DNA of 64,000 nucleotides from a virus: IMG/VR virus record IMGVR_UViG_3300022223_000001, positions 4,805-68,804 of that record; one strand, given 5' to 3'. The notes below the pieces were generated by a model. That model worked only from the letters and a program-made list of their open reading frames with translations, searched no databases and was not told where the DNA came from. Positions 8,979 to 17,625 of this stretch are shown here, piece by piece. Position 1 is the stretch's first letter. Each line of letters starts with the position of its first letter. The translations under genes and the position numbers were made by a program.

Positions 8979-9511
8979 CGCCGCGGCCTCGCCGTAGGCA
9001 CCCAGTACCTCCGCGGCTGCGTGTCCGCCGGCAGGTAGAGTGGGTGGCGGGGCGAGCGGTCCTTCGCCGTCCCGAGGCACCACAGCTGGCGCCGGCGCAG
9101 CACCCCGGCGACCGTGGCCGCGCGCTCTGCGATCAGGTCGCGCAGCGCTGCCGGGCCGTGGGAGCCCCATGCGCAGAGCACGGGCTGCGACAGCCCGCCG
9201 GCGGCCGCGATCGCGTCGTTGTTGCCCGGGCCCACCGGGTCGGTGGCGCTGAGCAGGTCCGCCGGCGAGGGGCTGCGCAGCGCGAACAGGTTGACGACCT
9301 CGATGCCGCCGGCGCCCCAGGCCTGCGCGAATCCAATGCAGCGGCGGATCGTCGGATCGTTGTCGACGGCATCGGCGGTCGACGGGTTCAGCATCAGCCA
9401 CACCACCAGCCGCCGGTCGCTCCACCGGCGCCACAGGCGGTAGCGGTACCGGCCGCAGTCGCTGATGTCGGCGCCGCGGTCGTCGGTTGCGGCGAGGGCG
9501 AGCTGGGTCAC
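8975..9511 (-). CDS. DUF1643 family protein
   Basis: ISDCGRYRYRLWRRW...MLNPSTADA..DPTIRRC..FA..WG...VNLFA...AWG...PRHPLY. Confidence 0.9.
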   Translation of the reverse strand: MTQLALAATDDRGADISDCGRYRYRLWRRWSDRRLVVWLMLNPSTADAVDNDPTIRRCIGFAQAWGAGGIEVVNLFALRSPSPADLLSATDPVGPGNNDAIAAAGGLSQPVLCAWGSHGPAALRDLIAERAATVAGVLRRRQLWCLGTAKDRSPRHPLYLPADTQPRRYWVPTARPRR

Positions 9512-11286
9512 GATGCGGCCCCGCTGGCTGCCACCACTTCCGCCGGCTCCTTCACCGGCTCCGGCAGCTTCTCGCCGCGCTGGAGCAGGTAGGCCTCGGC
9601 CAGGCTCTTCAGCCGATCCGTGCCGCTCTCCAGCCGCTCGAGCAGGCCGCCGTCGGGGTCGCGCACGCCCCGGGCCTGGGCCGCCTTCAGCCCCAGCATC
9701 TCGGCGACGACCGGATCCGAGCCGCTGTCGGACTGCAGGTAGTAGGCGACGACGCTGTCGCGCTGGCCGTCGCGGTGCACGCGCCCAGCGCACTGCTCGT
9801 GCACGCCTGGGCTCCAGTCGAGTTCTCCGAACACCACCGTGTTGCAGGCGCCCTGCAACCCATCGAGGCCGGCGCCGGAGCGTAGCGAGATAATCAGCAC
9901 CTGGCAGTCGCCCTTCGTGAACGCATCGACTGCGTCTCGCTTCTGCTTCGGGCTCTCGCTGCCGGTGTAGAGCTGCGGCTTCAGCGCCTTGAGCTTGTCC
10001 AGCCACACCCCGTAGACCTCGCGGTGCCAGCCGAAGAGCACGACCTTGCCGGCGCCGCCCTCCACCAGCAGCCGCACGAACTCGGCGACGTAGGGGGCCT
10101 TGGCCACGCCGGTGGCCTGGCGCAGCCGCCAGTCGAGTTCGCCGGCGGCCTGGCGCTTGGTCATGCCGTCGAGGCCCTGCTGGAGCACCATGCGCGCCAG
10201 CTCGGCCACGCCGGCCGAGAGCGCCTCGAGGGCCTTCGGGTCGCTGGAGACGTGGTGCGGGACCTTGACCAACTCGGGCAGCTCGCGGCCCACGTCCTCG
10301 CGCGTGCGCCTGATCATCATACCCTGCTCGCGCAGGTAGGAGCCGAAGGCTTTGGGGTTGCTGAGCGCCGCCTTCTCGAACTCCCCGTAGCCGCCCTTGC
10401 ACCACTCCGTTTGGAACTCGCTCTTGTTGCCGAGGGCGCCCGGGCGCAGCACCTGCATGATGTTCCACATCTCGCCGCCGAAGTTGTAGATGGGCGTCGC
10501 GCTCAGCCCGACGCGGACGTTGCAGCCCTCGGCGATGTGCTTGGCGGCGGCGTACTTCTTCGACGGCTCCTTGGGCTTGCCGGAGCGGCGCAGCTCCTGG
10601 CACTCGTCGAAGACCACCGAGCGTACCTTCCCGGCCAGCGTCTCGGCCCAGCCGGCCAGCTTGTGGTAGTTGCAGATCAGCACGTCGGGGAAGCGCGGCT
10701 CGATCAGGTCCATCTGGCCGGCGCGGCGTCGGCGCGGCGCTGCCACGTCGTAGGGCGTGCCCTTCTTGATCACGTGCTGTTCCAGCCCGGGCGCGAATCG
10801 CTCGATCTCGCGCTGCCACTGGATCGGTAGGTGGGTCAGCGTCACCACCAGCGCCGGCCGGGTCGCCGGGTCGGTCAGGGCGGCGATCGCGGTGCAGGTC
10901 TTGCCCAGGCCGACGTCGTCGGCGATCAGCAGCCCAGGCGACTGCAGGGCGAGCTCGGCGCCGATGCGCTGGTACTCGCGCGGCGGCAACGCCATCTTGA
11001 ACGCACGCGGCTCGATGGTGCCGGTCAGCACGCCAGCGAACCGCTCCGCCCGCCGATCGTAGGCCTCGGCGCGCTTTTGCAGGTGCTCGAGCGGGTCGAC
11101 CTCGAGCGGGTAGCGCTGCATGAACCACAGCAGGTCGCGGCACACCTCGTCGGTGTTGCGCAGCTTGATGGTTCCGACCTGGCCGCGCGCCGCGCCGAAG
11201 AAGCGCTTCAGGCGCAGGATCACGTGGGGCTCGGCCTGAATGTGCCAGTTCGTCTTCTTCAAGACCGCGGTGCCGAATGTCCTCAT
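9508..11286 (-). CDS. SNF2-family helicase/ATPase
   Basis: LIADDVGLGKT, VFDECQ, LSATP, GLDGLQ, WSPGVHEQCAGRVHRDGQ. Confidence 0.92.
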   Translation of the reverse strand: MRTFGTAVLKKTNWHIQAEPHVILRLKRFFGAARGQVGTIKLRNTDEVCRDLLWFMQRYPLEVDPLEHLQKRAEAYDRRAERFAGVLTGTIEPRAFKMALPPREYQRIGAELALQSPGLLIADDVGLGKTCTAIAALTDPATRPALVVTLTHLPIQWQREIERFAPGLEQHVIKKGTPYDVAAPRRRRAGQMDLIEPRFPDVLICNYHKLAGWAETLAGKVRSVVFDECQELRRSGKPKEPSKKYAAAKHIAEGCNVRVGLSATPIYNFGGEMWNIMQVLRPGALGNKSEFQTEWCKGGYGEFEKAALSNPKAFGSYLREQGMMIRRTREDVGRELPELVKVPHHVSSDPKALEALSAGVAELARMVLQQGLDGMTKRQAAGELDWRLRQATGVAKAPYVAEFVRLLVEGGAGKVVLFGWHREVYGVWLDKLKALKPQLYTGSESPKQKRDAVDAFTKGDCQVLIISLRSGAGLDGLQGACNTVVFGELDWSPGVHEQCAGRVHRDGQRDSVVAYYLQSDSGSDPVVAEMLGLKAAQARGVRDPDGGLLERLESGTDRLKSLAEAYLLQRGEKLPEPVKEPAEVVAASGAAS

Positions 11287-11287
11287 G

Positions 11288-11686
11288 TCATGTGGTCTCC
11301 AGGGTGACGACGTGCAGCGGCTTGCCGCCGAGCTCGTCGGGTAGGGTGGCGTGCCGCGCCACGATGGTGGCCAGCACCAGAGACTCGACGCGCTCGGACG
11401 CGGCGTAGCGGCTGAGCTGGCGCAGCACGGCGGTCGGCGGGCCGGCCAGCTTCACCTCGATGCCCACGCCGCCGACCAGGAAGTCGATGCGGTCGCCCGG
11501 CGCCAGGGAGACCTCGCGCTCGAAGTCGATGCCGTCGCGGCGCAGGGCCTCGGCGATGGCCTCCTGCAACTCGGCCTCGTCGTGGCAGAGGAAGCGGTAG
11601 CAGGTGAGGGTGCCCAGCACGGCAGTTGTCGCGCGGCTGTTCGATGCGGCGGGGCCGCCGGGTAACAGGTGTCGAACGGGGGTCAT
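11288..11686 (-). CDS. Small PD-(D/E)XK nuclease-like protein
   Basis: E..LQ..I...L...FEREV...RIDFLV...IEVK. Confidence 0.65.
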   Translation of the reverse strand: MTPVRHLLPGGPAASNSRATTAVLGTLTCYRFLCHDEAELQEAIAEALRRDGIDFEREVSLAPGDRIDFLVGGVGIEVKLAGPPTAVLRQLSRYAASERVESLVLATIVARHATLPDELGGKPLHVVTLETT

Positions 11687-12798
11687 GGGGAATCCCCCGG
11701 GATAGCCGCCATGATGGCCCGGCCGATCACCTCCGCGACCTGGGGAACTACGGCGTTTCCGAGGGCTCTGAGTCTGTGTGCCCGATCGGGAATCCCATGA
11801 GCCACTCGACAAACCGCGGGTTGAGCGTCAGCTTGCACTCGCCCCCATGCGTGCAGGTCGTCGGGAGCGGGCGGCCACTGCGGCAGGTCGCGTCGGTCAA
11901 CGTCGTGCCGCCCTCCGATCGCGGCCGACCCGTCGACTTGGAGATCGGGCCGTAGCCCCTCGCCCCGCTCGAGTTCGCGTCGCCGGCGGTCGCTGTTGGC
12001 CACATCGCTGACACCGCGTCCTCGAGATTCCGGCGCCCGGCGCCCAGCCGAATCTGCGCCATCGATGCCGAAGGGAACCCGCGCTTCGGATCGCCCAGTC
12101 GCGCCTTGGGCGTTGGCCACGTCCGGGCGACCGATGACAGCGGCTCGCCGCCCTGCGCGTTCCGCCCCTTCGTTGGCCCCCGCGCGTCCCTCGACAACGG
12201 CGTCGGCCATGCTCGGGCCCAGCTGAACAGGCTCGGCGTTCCAGCCGTCGGCCTCTTGTGGGACACCTGCCCCTCGTTCTGGCTGCTCCCGTACTCCGTC
12301 GCGCTCGGGGTCGGATACTCGCCACGCGACCACGAAGAGCCGGTCACGGCGGTGAGGGGCGCCAACGGCTGCAGCCGGTAGACCGTCCCAGACAGCATCA
12401 TACCCGAGCGTGGCCAGGTCACCGAGGACGCGGTCGAGTCCTCGAGTAACGAGAGCTGGGACGTTCTCCACGACGACGCAGCGTGGTCGAAGTGCGCCAA
12501 CGATTCGCGCGTACTCCGACCAGAGACCAGAGCGCGGATCTGCGAGGCCCAGCCCCTTTCCAGCGACGCTGACGCCCTGGCAGGGGAATCCTCCACAGAT
12601 GAGCCCGGGCCGTTCGGCCCGCTCGTCGACTTGCCGGACATCGTCGTACCTCGTTGCGTTCGGCCAGTGCTCCGCGAGCACCCGCTGACAAAATGGATCG
12701 CTCTCGGCCTGCCAGAGCACCGGGCCAAGGCCAGCGCGCTCCAGACCCAGCTCGAGCCCGCCGATGCCGCTGAACAGGCTGCCGATCGCGAGGGTCAC
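11683..12798 (-). CDS. DNA (cytosine-5) methyltransferase, main (alpha) frame
   Basis: SLFSGIGG (I), GGFPCQ (IV), VENV (VI), PHRRDRLF (VIII), LGNAVVPQVA (X); motif IX is not evident in this frame. Confidence 0.92.
   Translation of the reverse strand: MTLAIGSLFSGIGGLELGLERAGLGPVLWQAESDPFCQRVLAEHWPNATRYDDVRQVDERAERPGLICGGFPCQGVSVAGKGLGLADPRSGLWSEYARIVGALRPRCVVVENVPALVTRGLDRVLGDLATLGYDAVWDGLPAAAVGAPHRRDRLFVVAWRVSDPERDGVREQPERGAGVPQEADGWNAEPVQLGPSMADAVVEGRAGANEGAERAGRRAAVIGRPDVANAQGATGRSEARVPFGIDGADSAGRRAPESRGRGVSDVANSDRRRRELERGEGLRPDLQVDGSAAIGGRHDVDRRDLPQWPPAPDDLHAWGRVQADAQPAVCRVAHGIPDRAHRLRALGNAVVPQVAEVIGRAIMAAIPGDSP
11748..12641 (-). CDS. Nested alternative-frame ORF, putative beta subunit of the C5 MTase (TRD-like WPTP repeats plus motif IX)
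   Basis: About 297 aa, entirely inside the MTase gene; YPTP/WPTP/WPTP/WPTA repeats; ends LNPRFVEWLMGFPIGHTD. Confidence 0.7.
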   Translation of the reverse strand: MSGKSTSGPNGPGSSVEDSPARASASLERGWASQIRALVSGRSTRESLAHFDHAASSWRTSQLSLLEDSTASSVTWPRSGMMLSGTVYRLQPLAPLTAVTGSSWSRGEYPTPSATEYGSSQNEGQVSHKRPTAGTPSLFSWARAWPTPLSRDARGPTKGRNAQGGEPLSSVARTWPTPKARLGDPKRGFPSASMAQIRLGAGRRNLEDAVSAMWPTATAGDANSSGARGYGPISKSTGRPRSEGGTTLTDATCRSGRPLPTTCTHGGECKLTLNPRFVEWLMGFPIGHTDSEPSETP

Positions 12799-14375
12799 GC
12801 CGCGCCCTCCCGTGCCCCGCGCTCGGTCGCCGGCGCGCGCCCAAGCTCGTGGCGAACGATGGCTTCGAGCAGCCGCACCGTCAGCGAGTGGACTTCCGCT
12901 TCGGGCGCCTCGACCAGTCGGCCGGCCAGCAGCACGGGCTCGCTGAGCAGCACCGCCTTGCTGATCAGGTCGGCGTCCTCGCGCGTGAATTTCTCCCTCT
13001 GCGCGCACCGCTCGAGCAGCTCTTGTGCTACGACCAGCAGTGAACCTGTCCGCGACCTGTCCGCGCCCCCGTAACTACCCGGAATTACAAGGTTGGCTTT
13101 CCCCTCCGGAGCCAAAGGTCGGGCGTTCGAATCGCCCACCGCCTGCCCAATGATTTCAAGTAGTTGCGCCACTTGAGGATCGACAGCGCGGACAGGTTGC
13201 AGACATGTCCGCGCTGCCCGATTGCTCAGCGCGCGCGGGTCCAGGTGGGCGTAACGCTCGGTTACCGCCTCGTGGCTGTGGCCGAGGAACTTGGCGACGT
13301 CGGTCAGCGGCCAGGGATCGCCCCAGTAGCCGCTGACCAGGGCGCTGGCGCAGGTGTGGCGCAGGTCGTGGAAGCGCACCCGGCGGCGCAGCCCGACGCG
13401 GTAGCGCCAGCCCAGCAGCGTCAGCCCGCGGGCGCGGTCGGTCTGCGGCGCCCAGCCCCAGTCGTAGCCGCGAGCGTGGTGTCCTGGCTTGGCTCCCTTG
13501 CGCCGCGGGCGGCTGGGCCAGACAGGGCCGGCCTTCGGGCGCCCCTGGCCCTCCCACCAGGCGAGTAGGGCGGCCTGGCCCATCGGGGTGAGCGGCACGT
13601 CGCGCCTCGAGGTCTTCGTCTTCGTCTCGCCGTCCCAGCTGGCCAGCACGTCGATGCCCGGCCTGGGCCCGGTCAGCCGCACCCTCTCCCACGAGAGCGC
13701 GGCGAGTTCGCCCTGGCGCAGGCCCTGGTAGATGGCGACGGCGAAGGCCGAGCGCGCCTTCGCGGACAGGTCGGGGTGCTCGAGAACCTGTCCGATCTCC
13801 TCGATCGTGAGGAAGGTCCAGGGCTCCGGCGTCGCGACGAAGGTGTCCGGCAGCGACACGTCGGCCGCGGGGTTTGTGGGGATCAGCCCGTCCTCCACCG
13901 CCTCCTGCAGGCACAGCCGCAGCCTGCCGAGGGCGTGCTTGGCCGTGTCGCGGCTGATCGGGGTGCCGCGCTCGGAGATGTGCTCGGGTAGGGCGCGCGC
14001 CCAGTCCCGGACGTCGGGCATCGTGATCGCGTCGAGCGGCCAGTCGGCGAACTCGGCGGCGCAGACCGTGGTGCGCCAGACCGAGCGCCATGGCCCGATG
14101 TTCCGGCCGCCGGCCTTCTCGACCCACCGCTCGCCGTAGGCCCGGAGCGACGACGCGGCGCCGCGGAACTGGGTCTCGCGCCGGGCTTCGACCAGGGCGT
14201 TCAGCGCAGCGTGGGCCGCGTCCTCAGCCCGGACGGTGCCGACGTTGTGCATCCCGCCGGCGCCGTCCGGGAAGCGCGCCCGGAAGCGCCATGCGCCTCC
14301 CTGCCAGACGGGGGTGACGGTGCCGGTGCCGCGCGGGCGGCGGGTGACGGTGGGCTTGGGTGGGCGGTGGCTCAT
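12795..14375 (-). CDS. int: Tyrosine integrase containing attP in its 3' part
   Basis: GLRQGEL (R), TKTK (K), HDLRH, LGHS, TERYAH (Y); about 150-aa extension after the catalytic Tyr. Confidence 0.93.
   Translation of the reverse strand: MSHRPPKPTVTRRPRGTGTVTPVWQGGAWRFRARFPDGAGGMHNVGTVRAEDAAHAALNALVEARRETQFRGAASSLRAYGERWVEKAGGRNIGPWRSVWRTTVCAAEFADWPLDAITMPDVRDWARALPEHISERGTPISRDTAKHALGRLRLCLQEAVEDGLIPTNPAADVSLPDTFVATPEPWTFLTIEEIGQVLEHPDLSAKARSAFAVAIYQGLRQGELAALSWERVRLTGPRPGIDVLASWDGETKTKTSRRDVPLTPMGQAALLAWWEGQGRPKAGPVWPSRPRRKGAKPGHHARGYDWGWAPQTDRARGLTLLGWRYRVGLRRRVRFHDLRHTCASALVSGYWGDPWPLTDVAKFLGHSHEAVTERYAHLDPRALSNRAARTCLQPVRAVDPQVAQLLEIIGQAVGDSNARPLAPEGKANLVIPGSYGGADRSRTGSLLVVAQELLERCAQREKFTREDADLISKAVLLSEPVLLAGRLVEAPEAEVHSLTVRLLEAIVRHELGRAPATERGAREGAA
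13044..13213. repeat. Integrase arm-type sites flanking the attP core
   Basis: ACCTGTCCGCG at 13044-13054 and 13055-13065, inverted at 13187-13197, one-mismatch copy at 13203-13213; IHF-like TTTCAAGTAGTTG at 13154-13166. Confidence 0.75.
13102..13149 (+). other. attP core: 3' half of a tRNA-Arg(CCG)
   Basis: CTCCGGA anticodon loop, GCCAA, AGGTC, T-arm GGGCG-TTCGAAT-CGCCC, acceptor 3' strand ACCGCCT-G-CC; no D-arm or 5' half. Confidence 0.85.
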
Positions 14376-14587
14376 CGGTTCCTCAGCATCCGGAGTAGCC
14401 GCTTGGCCCGGGCGACGTCCAGGTCGGAGGGCGGCGGGCCGGGCGGCGCCGGCGGGTCGTAGACGCCAGCTCGCCGGCGGGCGCGGCGCTCCTTGCGGTC
14501 GCGCTCACGGGCCGTCAGGACGTTCAGCTGGCGCTGCAGGTCCTGCAGGATCGCCAGGGCGTCGCCGTCTTCGGCCGGGTCGCTCAC
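14372..14587 (-). CDS. Small basic protein upstream of int (possible directionality factor)
   Basis: Coupled to int by an ATGA overlap; Arg-rich. Confidence 0.45.
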   Translation of the reverse strand: MSDPAEDGDALAILQDLQRQLNVLTARERDRKERRARRRAGVYDPPAPPGPPPSDLDVARAKRLLRMLRNR

Positions 14588-14985
14588 CCCGAAAACCTCC
14601 CTACGATCACGTCGTTGTCGCCCAGGATGAGGGTCCGCATCGACAACTCGGCGATCACCATTTGGATGCTGCCGGCCACCAGCGCATCGGCGAACTCTGC
14701 GGCCGGGGTGTCATCGCGCACGAGCCGGTCGAAGCTTTCAACGATGACGACGGCCGGTCCGTTCTCTGCCGCTCGGCGCAATAGAGCGTCGAAGCCAGGG
14801 CGCGCACGGCGCCCGAGCCAGCCCGGGATAGCGCGGTCCTCGAACACCTCCGCCAGCGGGTACCCGCGCTCCTCTGCGAAGCTGCGGATGTGCTTCACCT
14901 GGCGGTCGACGCTGAGCGGCTGCTTGGCCGTGCTGGACCGTGCGTAGCCCAGGAAGATCCGGGCGCCTGCCGTCGGGTCAGCCAC
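14584..14985 (-). CDS. Serine recombinase catalytic domain only (no DNA-binding domain)
   Basis: GYARSST..Q...RQ, VFED..G...RPGF..LL, VESFDRLVRD; ends at 133 aa. Confidence 0.8.
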   Translation of the reverse strand: MADPTAGARIFLGYARSSTAKQPLSVDRQVKHIRSFAEERGYPLAEVFEDRAIPGWLGRRARPGFDALLRRAAENGPAVVIVESFDRLVRDDTPAAEFADALVAGSIQMVIAELSMRTLILGDNDVIVGRFSG

Positions 14986-15214
14986 CCCGCACCTCCTCGC
15001 CGTCCAGGTCGCCCACCGTCACCGACAGCCCCCGGCGCAGCCGCCAGCCCTGCCAGAACCGCAGCTGCTCGGGCGTCACGTGGGCGTGGCCGAGCTCGGG
15101 GTCGAGCAGCGCCTGGCCGATGCCCTCGGCGTAGGCCAGGGCGAAGCGCTCGCGAACGGCGCGCTGCTCGAAGGCGCCGAGGGCCAGGCGGGGGCGGGGG
15201 AAGCCGTCAGGCAC
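14978..15214 (-). CDS. Hypothetical protein
   Basis: Short coupled ORF in the early operon. Confidence 0.4.
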   Translation of the reverse strand: MPDGFPRPRLALGAFEQRAVRERFALAYAEGIGQALLDPELGHAHVTPEQLRFWQGWRLRRGLSVTVGDLDGEEVRGG

Positions 15215-15578
15215 CGGTCGGCTCCCAAGGCCGCTCAACGGCCTTGAGCCCCTGCCTTCTTCGGGCCACGTTCTCGTCGTACCAGCAGCGCCCCTCCGGG
15301 CACTGGCATCGCTTCCGGCCGTAGTACCGGGGGCACGCCTTGTTGGACAGCTGGACGCTGTCGTCGATGTACTGCGGCTCCTCGTCGTCGGCCTCAGCGT
15401 GCAGACCCACGGGCACGCCATCGACCGAGAGCAGCATCGGGTGGTCGCGCAGACTCAGGTCGTGGGCCCGGTTGATCCAGAGGATGCAGCCAGGCGTGTG
15501 GCATTCGCCGCCTGCGCCGTCCAGACAGAGCGAGCACAGCTGCATCTCCACGACGTGGAGCGTAGGTTCCTCACCCAT
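15207..15578 (-). CDS. Cys-rich hypothetical protein
   Basis: CSLC...CHTPGC motif. Confidence 0.55.
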   Translation of the reverse strand: MGEEPTLHVVEMQLCSLCLDGAGGECHTPGCILWINRAHDLSLRDHPMLLSVDGVPVGLHAEADDEEPQYIDDSVQLSNKACPRYYGRKRCQCPEGRCWYDENVARRRQGLKAVERPWEPTGA

Positions 15579-15580
15579 GA

Positions 15581-15958
15581 CTACCTCGCCCTCCAGAGCA
15601 GCCCCAGCGCCGACCGCGGGCCTTCGTGCTGAGCGTTCGCCGCCTCGGCCTCCTGAAACTGGAAGTCGACCGGCAGGCCCGACGCCAGGCCGAGGTGCTC
15701 CGACAGCACCATGCAGAGCATCTCCCATCGCGGGTCCATGAACGGGTCACGCGGGCTCAACCCGGGGAACATGCCGCGCCACTCGGCGTCCGACAGGATC
15801 GCGCGCACGTCAACGTCGCGGTAATCCGGCCGCTGCAAGCAGGAACCGACCAAAAAGACGCCGTAGCCGAAGGCGCGATGCAGCGGCGCACACGCCAAGT
15901 CGAGCGCCATCAGCCGGGGGCGCAGGAGATAGGTGCCGCGGCGTTCACTGTTAGTCAT
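15581..15958 (-). CDS. Minimal nucleotidyltransferase-like protein (Pol beta superfamily)
   Basis: VFLVGS......DVDVR motif and distal PVDFQFQ. Confidence 0.65.
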   Translation of the reverse strand: MTNSERRGTYLLRPRLMALDLACAPLHRAFGYGVFLVGSCLQRPDYRDVDVRAILSDAEWRGMFPGLSPRDPFMDPRWEMLCMVLSEHLGLASGLPVDFQFQEAEAANAQHEGPRSALGLLWRAR

Positions 15959-16271
15959 CCTTGGTATCCGGTTCCTTGGACTCGCGCTCCGCGGCCATGC
16001 CCTTCTCGAAGCCTTTGACGATCGTGTTGGCGATGCCGTCCCAGAGCTTCTCGAGCTTGTCGGTGCGGGCGACCTCGGCATCGAGCTCAACGCCGCACCA
16101 TGGGCAGAACGTCGCCGGCACGAGGGCGAAGCCCATGGGCTGCGTGCCCGGCGGCATCGGCGCGTGCAGCTCCCAGCCGCGGGAGTCGTTACGGACTAGC
16201 TCGATGCGCTTGGACACGTCGCAACAGCTGTGCTTGCGCGGTGGTGGTGGCAGGTGTCGAAGGTCACCCAT
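15951..16271 (-). CDS. Zn-ribbon hypothetical protein
   Basis: HSCC...FCPWCG. Confidence 0.55.
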   Translation of the reverse strand: MGDLRHLPPPPRKHSCCDVSKRIELVRNDSRGWELHAPMPPGTQPMGFALVPATFCPWCGVELDAEVARTDKLEKLWDGIANTIVKGFEKGMAAERESKEPDTKDD

Positions 16272-16273
16272 GA

Positions 16274-17155
16274 CTACCTCGTCTCCCTTCGCTCACGGTG
16301 GAGCGGGCCGCGCTTGCGCCGGCGCTCGAAGCCGGCGAGCCCGAGCGCCGTTCTGACGCCATCCACTACGTTCCGCGCGGCGACATCTCCGTTCTTGCGC
16401 GCGCACAGTGCATCGTCGTGGGCATCCATGAATCTTTCGATCGCCCAAAGTTTGCCGCGCGCGCTGCGCAACTCTTCGGCCCTGCGGTCTCGAAAACACG
16501 CGGAGCACCAGTTCGTGTCGTCAGCGAGCGCCGCGTACTCGGCACGCGCACCGCAAGCGCTGCAGTCGTCATCGACCGCTACATCGAGGAGCTGGTTGGC
16601 CCATGTCTCGGCCTGCTCGGTTCGCCATTGTAGGTCCGCCACCCTCTTGGCCAGCTCCTCGATCCGCGCCTCCCGCCGCACCAGCTCCGCCTGCATCGCG
16701 TCGATCTCCGACAGCAGCTCGGGCAGCAGGCGCACCAGTTCCACCAGGTCCTGGACGGCGAAACTGCGGCGCTCGAGGTCGAGGGCGATGCCGCGGGCGA
16801 CGGCGACTTCGGGGGAGTCGGTGGGGCGCTGGTTGGAGGCGGACGCCTCCCTTGGCTCCCAGCGAAGCTCGAACACTGGACCGTCATCGTCATCTTCTGG
16901 CGGCGGGCCAGGCACGAACGTCTCCCCACCGAACGTGACCTCGACGTCGATGGGCGCGCAGGCCACCGGCTCCTCGACCGCCATCGTCACGAACACCTTC
17001 ACATCGAACACCCGCCCAGGCCGGTCGACGTGGTTACCGCACTCAGGACACTCGCGCGTGTCGTTCGGCACCGCGCAGTCGCGCTCGCACGTGTCGCAGT
17101 AGGCGCCGCGATAGCCGGGGGAGTTGGCGGCCGGGGTGTCAGGCTCATTGCGCAT
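16274..17155 (-). CDS. Hypothetical protein with Zn ribbons and an Ead/Ea22-like coiled coil
   Basis: CDTC..CPEC, LPELLSEIDAMQAEL, CSAC motifs. Confidence 0.55.
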   Translation of the reverse strand: MRNEPDTPAANSPGYRGAYCDTCERDCAVPNDTRECPECGNHVDRPGRVFDVKVFVTMAVEEPVACAPIDVEVTFGGETFVPGPPPEDDDDGPVFELRWEPREASASNQRPTDSPEVAVARGIALDLERRSFAVQDLVELVRLLPELLSEIDAMQAELVRREARIEELAKRVADLQWRTEQAETWANQLLDVAVDDDCSACGARAEYAALADDTNWCSACFRDRRAEELRSARGKLWAIERFMDAHDDALCARKNGDVAARNVVDGVRTALGLAGFERRRKRGPLHRERRETR

Positions 17156-17381
17156 TGGTCGACCCTCTCCACTGCGCACGCTCGTGCTGCAGCCGCAGCT
17201 CCCTCGCCTTGCGCCTGGCCGCCTTGACGTCCTTCGCATCGACGGTGTACTCGATGCAGCCTCCCCACAGCGGGTTGTAGTAGAGTGAGTAGGCCGTCAC
17301 GTGACGCAGAATGGGTGCCTTGTTGGGGCGAGCCCTATCGCGGTGATAAAAAGTCCCGAAGGTGAATGAGCGGTCAGGCAT
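17145..17381 (-). CDS. Hypothetical protein
   Basis: 78-aa overlapping ORF in the operon. Confidence 0.4.
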   Translation of the reverse strand: MPDRSFTFGTFYHRDRARPNKAPILRHVTAYSLYYNPLWGGCIEYTVDAKDVKAARRKARELRLQHERAQWRGSTNAQ

Positions 17382-17625
17382 CGGCGATCTTCCTTTCGAT
17401 CTCCCATACGCAGTCGTCGCAGAGGCCCGGCGTGTCGTCGGCGCAACCCTGCTCGTAAGAGACCACCTCCCCGCACCGGTTGCAGACCCAGCGCTCGCAT
17501 CCGGAGCAATCTCGCTCGTCGAGCGTGCAGCCCGGGTGCAAATAGCGCTCCATGTCCGGCGACCAGACGACCAAGCAGAAGTCGACGCAGTCGTCTGCCG
17601 GCAAGCCGATGTGGAGTGCGCTCAC
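17374..17625 (-). CDS. Small Cys-rich protein
   Basis: Multiple CxxC motifs; GTGA coupling. Confidence 0.45.
   Translation of the reverse strand: MSALHIGLPADDCVDFCLVVWSPDMERYLHPGCTLDERDCSGCERWVCNRCGEVVSYEQGCADDTPGLCDDCVWEIERKIADA

Noticed and set aside
8975-11143. 722-aa ORF as a single protein (also the 581-aa call at 7178-8923)
   Set aside because: The upstream parts are off-frame overlaps of neighbouring genes; the real starts are the coupled GTGs at 9511 and 8413
13090-13150. Complete tRNA gene
   Set aside because: Only the anticodon loop through the 3' end is present; no D-arm or 5' acceptor strand, so it is treated as the attP core
13761-13771. Fifth copy of the arm-site 11-mer inside int
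   Set aside because: 600 bp from the core and explicable by DLSA codons; not counted as part of attP
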